Assembly (NCBI GenBank): GCA_022520065.1
Contig: GCA_022520065.1_3942.1
Origin: a phage
DNA: 64,000 nucleotides
Reading direction: 5' to 3' (one strand)
Below, one piece after another: positions 11,937-21,485 of the stretch. Numbering within the stretch: the stretch's first letter is position 1; the number at the start of each line of letters is the position of its first letter. Under the pieces are notes generated by a model that was not told where the DNA came from, made no database searches, and saw nothing but the letters and a program-made list of their open reading frames with translations. A program made the translations under genes and the position numbers.

Positions 11937-12143
11937 TCATTTTCTCTTACCACCAATTTCTACGTCAATAACTTGAACATCACCAGCAACATCAAACTTA
12001 TGAATGATGCTTTCCACAGTGTAAGTCCAACCATCAATGCGAACCAACTCACCTTCTCGTGGGACGATTGGGTTACGTTGAGCTACCGTTGTAGTAGAGT
12101 GAACAACATCATAACAATAGATATAGTTTACTAGGACTTCCAT
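11937..12143 (-). CDS. hypothetical protein
   Basis: Start moved to ATG 12141-12143 with GAGGG RBS, which removes the overlap with the lipoprotein gene. Confidence 0.35.
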   Translation of the reverse strand: MEVLVNYIYCYDVVHSTTTVAQRNPIVPREGELVRIDGWTYTVESIIHKFDVAGDVQVIDVEIGGKRK

Positions 12144-12153
12144 CGTGAAACCC

Positions 12154-12423
12154 TCACTCAATAACCGTAGTGTGTGATTGACCATTTTTGCCATAGCTAT
12201 AAGATGTTGTTGTTTGGGAGTTTGGACATCTGACAACAACAATATCTCTGCTTATAGCATCACCATGTAACTTGTATACTCTGCAATCTTGCATCTCTGG
12301 TGGGAGACTGTAAGAAGCATTTTTATCTTCATAAGAAGGGTTGCAGCCAGATAGAAAAACAACACCAAGCGCAATTACTGCTTTCCACATAATACTTCCC
12401 CAGAGACTGTACATTTTCTTCAT
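12154..12423 (-). CDS. putative lipoprotein
   Basis: Signal peptide with lipobox-like LSGC. Confidence 0.5.
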   Translation of the reverse strand: MKKMYSLWGSIMWKAVIALGVVFLSGCNPSYEDKNASYSLPPEMQDCRVYKLHGDAISRDIVVVRCPNSQTTTSYSYGKNGQSHTTVIE

Positions 12424-12653
12424 AGCAACTCCAGAATATCAATACGTTCACCTTTGAGTACTCCAGTACGGTCTTTTGCAATCTTACCGTCAACGATAAG
12501 GATGTGTGTAGACCTTAAAGCGTCGTTGTTAAAGGTTTTTACGAACTTGCTAGGCATGACTACAATGCACATCTCCTGAATCAGCTCTGGAGTGTAGCAG
12601 TTATCATGAAGTTGCTGAATAACGTCTGCAAGTGTCATTTTTGATGTCTCCAA
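12420..12653 (-). CDS. hypothetical protein
   Basis: 77-aa ORF, ATGA-type overlap. Confidence 0.45.
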   Translation of the reverse strand: METSKMTLADVIQQLHDNCYTPELIQEMCIVVMPSKFVKTFNNDALRSTHILIVDGKIAKDRTGVLKGERIDILELL

Positions 12654-12850
12654 TATTCAATGTCTATAAGTTCTTGTGCAATGCTTTTAAGGTTACTTTT
12701 AAGGAAAACTTTCTCACCACCAGACAGGGAGGTATTATCAATGAGTCTGTTCATTCTCTCAAACAACTTCTGTTTACGATTCTTGATGGTTTCCTTTGAA
12801 GCACCTTTCATCATTGCTGCATGGGTTCTTCCACGGTGGCTCATAATCAC
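12635..12850 (-). CDS. hypothetical protein
   Basis: 71-aa ORF. Confidence 0.4.
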   Translation of the reverse strand: MIMSHRGRTHAAMMKGASKETIKNRKQKLFERMNRLIDNTSLSGGEKVFLKSNLKSIAQELIDIEYWRHQK

Positions 12851-12905
12851 TCCTATATAAGATACAGTATAAGGTACTCTTCCATGAGCACCTTGTCAAT
12901 ACTAA

Positions 12906-15605
12906 TTAGTGAACCTCAAGCCAGCTTTTACCAACCTTACCAGTACCTGTAACAAGTGTTTCTTTCTTAAGACCTAAGTTCTTAGAAGCTTGCCCGTAAT
13001 ACCAATCAGTAACTGCTTTTACTTCTGCCGTCATACTCTCTGGACATTCCCAGCTTGTCTCATCGTGATATGCGCACAATAAGCGAGCACCTATAGCTGG
13101 TTTACGCCCATTTAGTTTCATCAACCCTTCGTCAATCATGCGACGACAAGCAAGGTTAATTGCCTCATTTTGAATCTGGGCCTCTGAACCCATCAAAAGG
13201 TAGTTCAACAGTTTGTGTGGAGATTTACACCACAACCAAGCTCCAGCAACCTTTACAAAACCCCCTTTAGAAATTGCAGCAGTCTTACCAAACACCTCTT
13301 CAAGTACCTTTTTAGTTGCTTTGTAGTCAGCTTCCAAGTCATCTAACAGCTTCTTAATTTTAGGCAAACGTATAAAGTAAGTTTGTTTAGTCAGTGCACC
13401 TTCCTGAGTAGTTGCAGCTTTAATCGTCTTAGCAAACTTCTCATCCCCTGCACCGAACAGCAGTGCATAGATACCATTCTTAGCTTTCTTACGACCCTTA
13501 CTAATCTCATGGAGAAGATTCTCATCCTGAGTAGCTCGACAAGTCAAGATATCCTGCTCATCATTCAAGCTAAAGTAGATACTGTTCAGTGTATGTGCAT
13601 CAGTCCCTGAATAGACAACGTACAGGTCATTCTCAGAGTCATAACGAAGGTACTTATCAATCTCTGGGTTTAGGTACTCATCAAAATGTTTGCAGTAATA
13701 GCGTCCATCTTCTTGACGAATAAACTCAATCTCTTCTTTACCTTGCGTTACCGCTTTGGTGAACTCTTTATCACCCATAAAGTTACAAAGAAGAACTAGC
13801 TGGGCTGAGTTCATATCTACAGAGACAACGTTAGTACCTTCCTCACAAATCCACACTGCCCTCATTGGTTCCCCATAGACAGCAGCACCAGACGGTACGT
13901 TTACAATACCATATTGTGTCATACGTCCAGTTGAAGTACCAAACACCATTGCGCCAGCACTAAGGCGACCATCAGGACGAATCTGGTTCAACCAACCTTT
14001 TTCATCATCCTTTGAGTTCTCAATAGTTCTGCGTCTGTGCATCAAAGTATAGTACTTAGCAATCTTCTGTCCAAGCTCACCTTCAATCGTATCATAAGAT
14101 GATTCCGTAAGTTTTGGTGAAGTACGGATTAAGCAAGGTTCAAGCAAATCTGTGTACTTCTTCACAGACCAGTTATGCTCGATGTACTGGACGCCTTCAT
14201 GCTCGACATAACTCAAACCACACCGTTCAACCATCTCCTGCCACTTAGGATGCTTTGTAATCATCTTTTTGTTGTCTTTGAAACGACAAACTTTGACAGG
14301 GCGACCATCTGAGTCTTTCTTGTAGTTCCAGTCATCTGGAATCCAACCAACTGATTTCAAGTAGTCTTTAACAACTGCTACCTGAGTCATACGAGAAACT
14401 TCAAACTCAATTGGTGTATATGGTGCATCAATCAATCCTGTGTAGCGACTTGAATCCAGTTCAAAGTGGTTAACAACATGGCTGTTATAGTACTTCACAG
14501 TCTTAACTGTCTTCACTGGCTTCCAGTCTTTGCATTTCTTACCAATCTTTGCATTCAACTCGTTGCAAATTGCACGAGCATCCTTCATTGCTACAAAACC
14601 TTCCTTGTACTCTTCACCAGTTACAGAGTTGGTTGGTGTATAGCAATTTCTCTTTTCAATGTTAAAAATCTTTGTAGTTGGCTTACCAAATGGCTTGATT
14701 TCATATGTCTGCATCTCACCGTTACGTACCTGCTGACGGTACTTCGTCTTAGGGTACTTGGTAATTCTCTTCAGTCCATCTGCATGACCGAACGCTTCAA
14801 CATACTCATTCCAAGCTTTTGCAAACTCTTCTCCAGTAACTTTACCTTTAGTCTTAATAGTTGGAGGAAGATGTGGTTCAACTTCTGAAGCAAGCTCATT
14901 AGTCAACTTGTCAAGTTCCTTCACATGGAACTCCATAAGCTCTTTATCAGCTTTCCAACCATTGATAGCTTGTTGACTCATCCAGAAAGATGTTTCTTTA
15001 GCTCGCATATAGGTTTCATAAGTGTCTATACCACACTTCTTTAACTTCAGGTATTCATTATCCAGTGCACATTTAGTTTTGGCGTTAATACGGATATCTT
15101 CTACAACACGAGTGAAGATTTCTGCATTCCATACACCCCAATGTTCAATCTCTGGTTTACGTACACCAACACGAGCACCCCATGCTGCCAAGCCATGAGC
15201 ACCTTTATAGCCTTTTGGAGTTGGTCTATCCATCCACTGAACACGAGATTGGATAAGAGAATCCTGAAAGAAATTACTCCACGGCTTACACTTTGGATTA
15301 TCAAAGTTCCATAAATCAGGTGCAATGTGATTGAAAACCCACCAGTCATAACCCAGACCATTATGGATGCAAAGTCGTTTCGCCTTTAATGCAAACTCAA
15401 TACCTTCACGCAAACCACCCTTAATGTACTTGGTGTACTTGTGACCGAGGATAGGCTCATCTGTAAAAACCCATACAGGTGGCTCTTCATCATCAGATTT
15501 ATAGTCTGCGAAAGCCATTACGTGCACTTTAGTGAACTCAAGGAGTAAACCATCAGTTTCTGTATCACCAACTAAATGTAAGTTTTTAAAATCTACGTTT
15601 TCCAT
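12906..15605 (-). CDS. DNA polymerase, family A, with 3'-5' exonuclease domain
   Basis: N-terminal GDTETDGL exo motif, C-terminal YHDE polymerase motif; start moved to ATG 15603-15605 with GAGGGAG RBS. Confidence 0.85.
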   Translation of the reverse strand: MENVDFKNLHLVGDTETDGLLLEFTKVHVMAFADYKSDDEEPPVWVFTDEPILGHKYTKYIKGGLREGIEFALKAKRLCIHNGLGYDWWVFNHIAPDLWNFDNPKCKPWSNFFQDSLIQSRVQWMDRPTPKGYKGAHGLAAWGARVGVRKPEIEHWGVWNAEIFTRVVEDIRINAKTKCALDNEYLKLKKCGIDTYETYMRAKETSFWMSQQAINGWKADKELMEFHVKELDKLTNELASEVEPHLPPTIKTKGKVTGEEFAKAWNEYVEAFGHADGLKRITKYPKTKYRQQVRNGEMQTYEIKPFGKPTTKIFNIEKRNCYTPTNSVTGEEYKEGFVAMKDARAICNELNAKIGKKCKDWKPVKTVKTVKYYNSHVVNHFELDSSRYTGLIDAPYTPIEFEVSRMTQVAVVKDYLKSVGWIPDDWNYKKDSDGRPVKVCRFKDNKKMITKHPKWQEMVERCGLSYVEHEGVQYIEHNWSVKKYTDLLEPCLIRTSPKLTESSYDTIEGELGQKIAKYYTLMHRRRTIENSKDDEKGWLNQIRPDGRLSAGAMVFGTSTGRMTQYGIVNVPSGAAVYGEPMRAVWICEEGTNVVSVDMNSAQLVLLCNFMGDKEFTKAVTQGKEEIEFIRQEDGRYYCKHFDEYLNPEIDKYLRYDSENDLYVVYSGTDAHTLNSIYFSLNDEQDILTCRATQDENLLHEISKGRKKAKNGIYALLFGAGDEKFAKTIKAATTQEGALTKQTYFIRLPKIKKLLDDLEADYKATKKVLEEVFGKTAAISKGGFVKVAGAWLWCKSPHKLLNYLLMGSEAQIQNEAINLACRRMIDEGLMKLNGRKPAIGARLLCAYHDETSWECPESMTAEVKAVTDWYYGQASKNLGLKKETLVTGTGKVGKSWLEVH

Positions 15606-15665
15606 TTTTACTCCCTCTAAAATCATTAACCTCATACATTACTGCAAAAAATTATAAAAAGCAAG

Positions 15666-15683
15666 TTGACAATGTACTTGACA
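15666..15683 (+). promoter_or_regulatory. conserved tandem TTGACAA element in divergent control region
   Basis: GTTGACAAtGTACTTGACAAGGTG, nearly identical to element at 61883. Confidence 0.35.
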
Positions 15684-15862
15684 AGGTGTTAATCTTTGCG
15701 AAGTGGGTTTTTACTTAAAAGGTTACTTAACAGTTTAACTATACAGATACTTTAAAACTCTTAAAAGATTATTTAATAGCTTTTAAAAAGCTTTAAAGTA
15801 TAACGTATAGAATACGTTAAGATAAAAGATTAAAACTTAATAGTTACTTAAAAGAGGCTTAC

Positions 15863-16285
15863 ATGCAGAAAATGTTTGTTCACCCAGACATAGCTGACTT
15901 TGTTAGAGCTTTGCAGAAGTTGGAAGAACTTGACATTGCTGCTCAACGGGAATATGCTCACCATCACAGGAGAATGGTTGATATACAACATGAAATAGAG
16001 TTGTCTGAAAACTATGAAGATGACTTAAAATGCTCTGTATTTGAGCATATGAAAGATGTTGCTACAGCTAGACGTAAAGCTAAAGACACAGTTGCTTTAC
16101 TAGATTCTCTTAAAAAGAGGTTGCAAAGTGGTACAGACCTGTGTAATCTAGCGTCACTGATTAATGATGTTGAAACTTCTTGGGATAGACATTACTATCC
16201 ACGTTCTGAAAAGACACTTGACTTTTCTTCATCCGAAAACTTAAAATGTTCTAGAAAGAAACTTAACCAACTGAGAGAGAAATAA
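15863..16285 (+). CDS. hypothetical early protein
   Basis: 140-aa ORF, first gene of rightward operon. Confidence 0.5.
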   Translation: MQKMFVHPDIADFVRALQKLEELDIAAQREYAHHHRRMVDIQHEIELSENYEDDLKCSVFEHMKDVATARRKAKDTVALLDSLKKRLQSGTDLCNLASLINDVETSWDRHYYPRSEKTLDFSSSENLKCSRKKLNQLREK

Positions 16286-16286
16286 T

Positions 16287-17099
16287 ATGAATATCAATGT
16301 AGAACAAATGCTTGAAGAAAAAGGTATTGACGAAGCATTCTTAATCAATGCCGTAGAAAGCATGGCTATGATTCTTCGTGGAAACAACTATACAGAACAG
16401 TTTATGCCTGCAAGCTATAACCTGCCTAAAGACAAGTCTGATAACGGTGCTTTTGCAGAACAGGTTAATATGATGCTGTGTGACAAAACACTTGCTTTAG
16501 CATCTATTGTTGTAGGTGTTGATGCTCTTGCAGAGTTCATTTTTTATGAGATGCAGAAAAATGACTATATTGCCATGACCTCTGAAGAAAAAGACTCGCT
16601 ACTGCTCTTAGGTTATGATGAGCTAGTTAACCTATTAATTTCGTCAACGAGTGCTGTTATGGCTGCTCTTGAGAAGCGCATGGAAGAGAAGCTGTCACGA
16701 TATGAAAAACTTGATTGGGGTGTAGAGGAATTAAACCCACGAATCAAAGAGATTATCCAGCAAACCAAAGATTCTTTGGAAGAAGCTGTAAAAAATGATT
16801 CTGTAGCTGACATAGAGCCACTTCAGGTGAAAGTTGCATTGATGATTCCAGCCATCTCCACGATGATGAATATCGTTGCACTAATCCAGCTTTCACAGAT
16901 GATGGGCACAAGCATTGAGTTCATTGAGAGTATGACTGGTGGTGTGAGTATGCAAGCAATCAATGATGTTCTGGTGAGCATTGGTGCTTCAATCATTGAA
17001 GAGAAGCTGCGCATTAACTTTGGTGATGATTTTGTGAAGCAAATCTCAGCTATGGCTGAAAAAGAGTATTCACAGACTAATACTGACCAACTGCACTAA
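16287..17099 (+). CDS. hypothetical protein
   Basis: 270-aa ORF. Confidence 0.5.
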   Translation: MNINVEQMLEEKGIDEAFLINAVESMAMILRGNNYTEQFMPASYNLPKDKSDNGAFAEQVNMMLCDKTLALASIVVGVDALAEFIFYEMQKNDYIAMTSEEKDSLLLLGYDELVNLLISSTSAVMAALEKRMEEKLSRYEKLDWGVEELNPRIKEIIQQTKDSLEEAVKNDSVADIEPLQVKVALMIPAISTMMNIVALIQLSQMMGTSIEFIESMTGGVSMQAINDVLVSIGASIIEEKLRINFGDDFVKQISAMAEKEYSQTNTDQLH

Positions 17100-17117
17100 G
17101 TCTTTATAAACCTTACA

Positions 17118-17141
17118 AGCCTCCTTAGTTGGGGGCTTTTT
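17118..17141 (+). terminator. intrinsic terminator-like hairpin
   Basis: AGCCTCC-ttagtt-GGGGGCT followed by TTTTT. Confidence 0.5.
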
Positions 17142-17160
17142 AGTAATTAAGGGAGATAGA

Positions 17161-17904
17161 ATGAGTAATATTATCGCATTTACTGGAAAGGCACGTTCTG
17201 GAAAAGACACCTCATGTTCTATTGTTAAGAATATCCTAGAAGATGAGTATGGCTACAATGTTGCAGTAATGGCCTATGCAGACAACCTTAAACTCTCTGC
17301 ATCAAGGATATTTGACTTGACTTGGAATGACCTGTACGGTGAAACTAAAGAGACTCCACAGGTTTTTGATTTATCATACTCTGAACTGATGTTCAAGGTC
17401 ACAGAAGCTATGGAGTTTACCTTCAGAGGCGAACGTTATCATACGGACTTCAAACTCATGTCAGAGTTAACCGGACGATTAATTATGGAACTAAAGAAGG
17501 TTGCTAAACCGACTCTATTAACACGTCTGGGATTTAGTAAAAAGTATAAATTTTCATCAAGACAGATTCAACAGATTTGGGGTACTGAAGTTATCCGTAA
17601 AGTTATGGGTGACAAATTCTGGGCTAAAGACCTCGAAAAACGAATGGTAAATTTCTTTGACGTTTGCTCACTTAAGAATCAGGACGGTGTTGTTTTAATC
17701 AGTGACTTAAGGTTTGACTCTGAAGCTGAGTGGCTGAGCAGATTTGCACACCAAACTATTGAAGTAAAAAGAGACAATGTGGATAAGGTTTCGTCACATG
17801 TTTCAGAAAATGGGATTTCTACCAAATATGCGCGTGACATTATTCATAATAATGGTACTCTTGCAGACCTTGAAAGCAAGTTAAGAGCTATCCTGAAAAT
17901 TTAA
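17161..17904 (+). CDS. deoxynucleoside monophosphate kinase (T4 gp1-like)
   Basis: FTGKARSGKDT P-loop and C-terminal NNGTLADLESKLRAILK resembling T4 dNMP kinase. Confidence 0.75.
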   Translation: MSNIIAFTGKARSGKDTSCSIVKNILEDEYGYNVAVMAYADNLKLSASRIFDLTWNDLYGETKETPQVFDLSYSELMFKVTEAMEFTFRGERYHTDFKLMSELTGRLIMELKKVAKPTLLTRLGFSKKYKFSSRQIQQIWGTEVIRKVMGDKFWAKDLEKRMVNFFDVCSLKNQDGVVLISDLRFDSEAEWLSRFAHQTIEVKRDNVDKVSSHVSENGISTKYARDIIHNNGTLADLESKLRAILKI

Positions 17905-17912
17905 AAGAGAGA

Positions 17913-18113
17913 ATGAAGATGAGAGTAAAAGATAATTTTAAAGTTATTGACCATCGTTTAGTGGAACTCTCATCTCTTTCCAATGAGGTAATGATTGAAC
18001 GTCTTAAGAGAGTTGAATCACGAAGGAAAGAGATTGCAGATGAGATTCATGAACTGGACAAGATTGAAAATGGATTGAAGGCAGAACTACAACGAAGAGG
18101 TGCTAATGTCTAA
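17913..18113 (+). CDS. hypothetical coiled-coil protein
   Basis: 66-aa ORF. Confidence 0.4.
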   Translation: MKMRVKDNFKVIDHRLVELSSLSNEVMIERLKRVESRRKEIADEIHELDKIENGLKAELQRRGANV

Positions 18114-20091
18114 AGGTCGTAAATTGAAAGAGGCTGGTCAGTTTGTTGGTCATTGTGCATGTCCACGTTGTGGTTCATCAGATGCTGGTTCAATCTACCA
18201 TCACGACGATGATTCTTATTCAATGACTTGCTTTAGTTGTAATAAAGGTTTCCCAGAGTGGGATTTTGATAAAGGACAAATTGTGAGCACTTATTCTACT
18301 GGTTCAGATAATAAAAACCGTACTTTCCGTGGAATGGATTTAGACGATGTAAAAGAAAACCTTGAAGCAATGGACTTGAAAGACAGGAAGATTCCTGCAA
18401 AAGTTCTTGAACGCTTAGGTATCAAGGTTGACATTGACAGTGATGGTGAAATTGATGCACATTTCTATCCGACTTACAAACGTAATGAAGATGGCAAACT
18501 AGAACATGTTGGCTACCGTGTTCGTCACCGTTACCCAGAGGACCATCCAAAAGAACACCTACGTGGTAAGCTAAAAGACTTTTCAGGTGGTGTTGGAGAC
18601 ATTAAAGGTGAACTGGCAATGTTCGGTTCATGGATTGCTCCAGAAGGTGGCAACCGTCTATTCATCTGGGAAGGTGAGATGGAATGTGCTACGGCAATCT
18701 ACATGACTTCTCTGGCAATTAAAGATAAGTCTCGTCGTAAGAACTACTGTCACGTATCTGTTCCATCTGGTGCAAACATTAAGTCTATCAAAGACAACTA
18801 TCAGTACATCACATCATTTGATGAGATTTACTTGTGCTTTGATAACGATGAAGCAGGTGCTAAAGCTACCAAAGAGGCTGCTGGTATCCTTCCGATTGAG
18901 AAGGTTCGTTTATTCCAGTATCCAGAAGGTGTAAAAGACCTTAATGAATGGTGGACAAAGTTCTATAAAGAGAAAGACACAGTTCTGGAAGGATTTAAGC
19001 AGCGTATCTACAATGCACCTCGTTACTGTCCTGCTGGTATCAAGAACTTTGCAGACGGTTTTGAGGCAATGAAGAATCGTGGTCAGATTCCATTGATTCC
19101 TTTCCCAGAATCTTTCGGGGATTTGAACAGATTGACTTATGGTGGTTACGGTTTAGGTGAGATTACGACTATTGCAGCCCCATCTTCGGTAGGTAAGTCA
19201 GCTTACACTCGTGAGATGATTTATTCAGCTTGGAAAGAAACTGATTATAATATCGGTGTAATTCCTGTAGAAGATACCTATGAAGAGTTGATGGAGATGC
19301 TCTGTGCAATCCACCTAAGCAAGCAGATTTCTGAGATTCCTTATGATGAACGAGATTGGGATGAATTAAAGGGAGCACACGCCGAGCTTTCAAAAGGTCG
19401 TCGCATTCATATCGTTGACCATCAAGGGGCAATTGACCAAGATAACCTGCTGGAGTTTGTTGACTATCTTGTTAATAGTTTAGACTGTAAGATTATCATT
19501 CTTGACCCTATTACGTTGGCTCTGTCACGTTCAGATACGGATGAAGAGGAAGTTTTGTCTGAGCTATTACGTCGTTGCAAACGCTACCAGTATGCACAGG
19601 TAAACGTCTGCCACGTTCGTAAGAGTGCAGGTGGTCAGAAAGCCAACTCTGAAGGTGGAGATATCTCTGAAGAGGATATTAAGGGTTCTGGTGCGTATTT
19701 CCAGATTTCCATGAACAACATTCTGTTAATGCGTAACAAGGTTGACCCAGACCCTGTTAAGAAAAACTTGACAAAAATCAAGTTAACTAAGTGTCGTCGT
19801 CATGGTAAGTCAACAGGTATTGCTGGTCATACTTGGTACAATCCAGACACAGGACGTCTTATCAAAGCTTCTGGATGTGGTGTTGACATTGATGGTGCAG
19901 CAGAAAATATTCGTCAACAGTTTGGTATTGGTGAAGCTGAAGACCATTATGACGACTCTTTACCTCATTATGAAGATGAAGTGTTTGACCGTGAGACTGG
20001 TGAAGTCTATACTGAAGAACAGCGTCAAAGCTCAACGATTCCACCTGTATTAAGTGAGGATGCAGATGACTGCCCGTTTGAAACTGAGTGA
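18106..20091 (+). CDS. bifunctional DNA primase-helicase (T7 gp4-like)
   Basis: N-terminal zinc-binding CxxC...CxxC, TOPRIM-like WEGEME, Walker A APSSVGKS; track start 18100 is GTG, ATG at 18106 has AGAGG RBS. Confidence 0.8.
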   Translation: MSKGRKLKEAGQFVGHCACPRCGSSDAGSIYHHDDDSYSMTCFSCNKGFPEWDFDKGQIVSTYSTGSDNKNRTFRGMDLDDVKENLEAMDLKDRKIPAKVLERLGIKVDIDSDGEIDAHFYPTYKRNEDGKLEHVGYRVRHRYPEDHPKEHLRGKLKDFSGGVGDIKGELAMFGSWIAPEGGNRLFIWEGEMECATAIYMTSLAIKDKSRRKNYCHVSVPSGANIKSIKDNYQYITSFDEIYLCFDNDEAGAKATKEAAGILPIEKVRLFQYPEGVKDLNEWWTKFYKEKDTVLEGFKQRIYNAPRYCPAGIKNFADGFEAMKNRGQIPLIPFPESFGDLNRLTYGGYGLGEITTIAAPSSVGKSAYTREMIYSAWKETDYNIGVIPVEDTYEELMEMLCAIHLSKQISEIPYDERDWDELKGAHAELSKGRRIHIVDHQGAIDQDNLLEFVDYLVNSLDCKIIILDPITLALSRSDTDEEEVLSELLRRCKRYQYAQVNVCHVRKSAGGQKANSEGGDISEEDIKGSGAYFQISMNNILLMRNKVDPDPVKKNLTKIKLTKCRRHGKSTGIAGHTWYNPDTGRLIKASGCGVDIDGAAENIRQQFGIGEAEDHYDDSLPHYEDEVFDRETGEVYTEEQRQSSTIPPVLSEDADDCPFETE

Positions 20092-20347
20092 TAGTTATAA
20101 AAGAGAGGGGTTCATACCCTTCTTTGAAGAAAAAAGTTTAAATGAATTTCAGGAAGAGTGTTTGACAAAGGTTGATAGGTTCTATAGAATGCTCTACATG
20201 AAATGTGATGGAGGCGTTGAGGTAGAAGAAAAGTTCCATCACAGTATGATAACAGTCACTATTACTATACCTCGACATAATATTGGTTGGCTGTTTATAA
20301 TTAAAGAAAATGTGTTTGAATATCAAGTATATCGGAGAATATCATGA
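20054..20347 (+). CDS. hypothetical protein
   Basis: 97-aa ORF overlapping helicase end. Confidence 0.3.
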   Translation: MRMQMTARLKLSDSYKREGFIPFFEEKSLNEFQEECLTKVDRFYRMLYMKCDGGVEVEEKFHHSMITVTITIPRHNIGWLFIIKENVFEYQVYRRIS

Positions 20348-20493
20348 AACACTCTAAAGCATTTGAACAAGTTTTTGGGGATTCCTTAAAAGCCACTGCT
20401 GGTAAACCAGCAAAATACTATGAAGAGAAGCGTGTAAGAACTGGAAAAACTGCACGTAAAACAGCTTCTAAAGATAAGCACAACTTCCAGTAA
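20344..20493 (+). CDS. small basic protein (below track cutoff)
   Basis: 49-codon ORF found manually. Confidence 0.3.
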   Translation: MKHSKAFEQVFGDSLKATAGKPAKYYEEKRVRTGKTARKTASKDKHNFQ

Positions 20494-20500
20494 TTAATGT

Positions 20501-20529
20501 TTGACAATAGAGTATCAACAAATTAGAAT
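20501..20529 (+). promoter_or_regulatory. sigma70-like promoter TTGACA-N17-TAGAAT
   Basis: Hexamers at 20501-20506 and 20524-20529. Confidence 0.5.
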
Positions 20530-20565
20530 TGGTACTCTTCATAAATTGAGATAGAGGTTTAAATA

Positions 20566-21423
20566 ATGTCTAAAGTTGTTAAAATGAAAGCTCCGGTAGA
20601 GAAGTACAATGGTACTGAACGTCAAACTCTGCGTTACCTTCTGAAAGATGTTTGGTTTTATTACCTGAACACTTCACCACGTCCGGGAAAAGGTAAATCT
20701 ATTGATAAGAAATTCCCAGGCAAAGATTGTAACTACAGTGTTTCAATTCTGGCAGAAGATGGTAACAAGCTGTTTAAAGAGTTTACTAAGTCTAAGAAAA
20801 ACCCAGAAGGTTGGGATAAAGTTACTACTGAAGCAGTTGATGCAGATGACTTCGAAGAGAAGTTTGGTTGCAAACCACCATTTGAAGCAGACACTTACTA
20901 CATCTTGAAAGTAAGTCGTGCAGCAGCTTATAAAGATGGTGCTGTGTGGACAGCTAAACAGTCATTCCCTGTAATGCTGATTGAAGAAGTAAATGGTAAG
21001 CGTGTAGCTGTTAAACAGCCGATGAAGAAAATCAAAGCTCAAGCATCCGATAAACATGAAGATGACAAGAACTATGATGTAATTCATCCAGATATTGCAG
21101 TTGGTAACGGTTCTTTTGGTAGTGTGATTCTTTCTACTCACTTCTACACTTTTGAGAACAATGTTCTGACAAAACCTATTCAGGAACAGTTTATCATTGA
21201 CACCCTTGTACCTTACACTGGTGGTAACGGTGCTAACGGTGAACCTGAACTGGATGAAGACGAACTGGCTATGCTTGGTCTTGACGGTGTTGAAGATAAC
21301 GGTGAAATCACTGAAGAAGACGCAAAAGACCACAAACCTTCGAACAATTCTGATGATGGTGACGATGAAGACTTGCCAGACCCAGATGACGAAGAAGATG
21401 AAGACTTCGATACAGAAGACTAA
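20566..21423 (+). CDS. putative ssDNA-binding protein with acidic C-terminal tail
   Basis: C-terminus DDEDLPDPDDEEDEDFDTED; replication-module context. Confidence 0.4.
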   Translation: MSKVVKMKAPVEKYNGTERQTLRYLLKDVWFYYLNTSPRPGKGKSIDKKFPGKDCNYSVSILAEDGNKLFKEFTKSKKNPEGWDKVTTEAVDADDFEEKFGCKPPFEADTYYILKVSRAAAYKDGAVWTAKQSFPVMLIEEVNGKRVAVKQPMKKIKAQASDKHEDDKNYDVIHPDIAVGNGSFGSVILSTHFYTFENNVLTKPIQEQFIIDTLVPYTGGNGANGEPELDEDELAMLGLDGVEDNGEITEEDAKDHKPSNNSDDGDDEDLPDPDDEEDEDFDTED

Positions 21424-21442
21424 TCTCTAAAAGTTACTTTAA

Positions 21443-21469
21443 AGCCCTGTACTTAGTATGGGGCTTTTT
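21443..21469 (+). terminator. intrinsic terminator-like hairpin
   Basis: AGCCC-loop-GGGCT followed by TTTT. Confidence 0.4.
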
Positions 21470-21485
21470 CATATGGAGAGTCACA

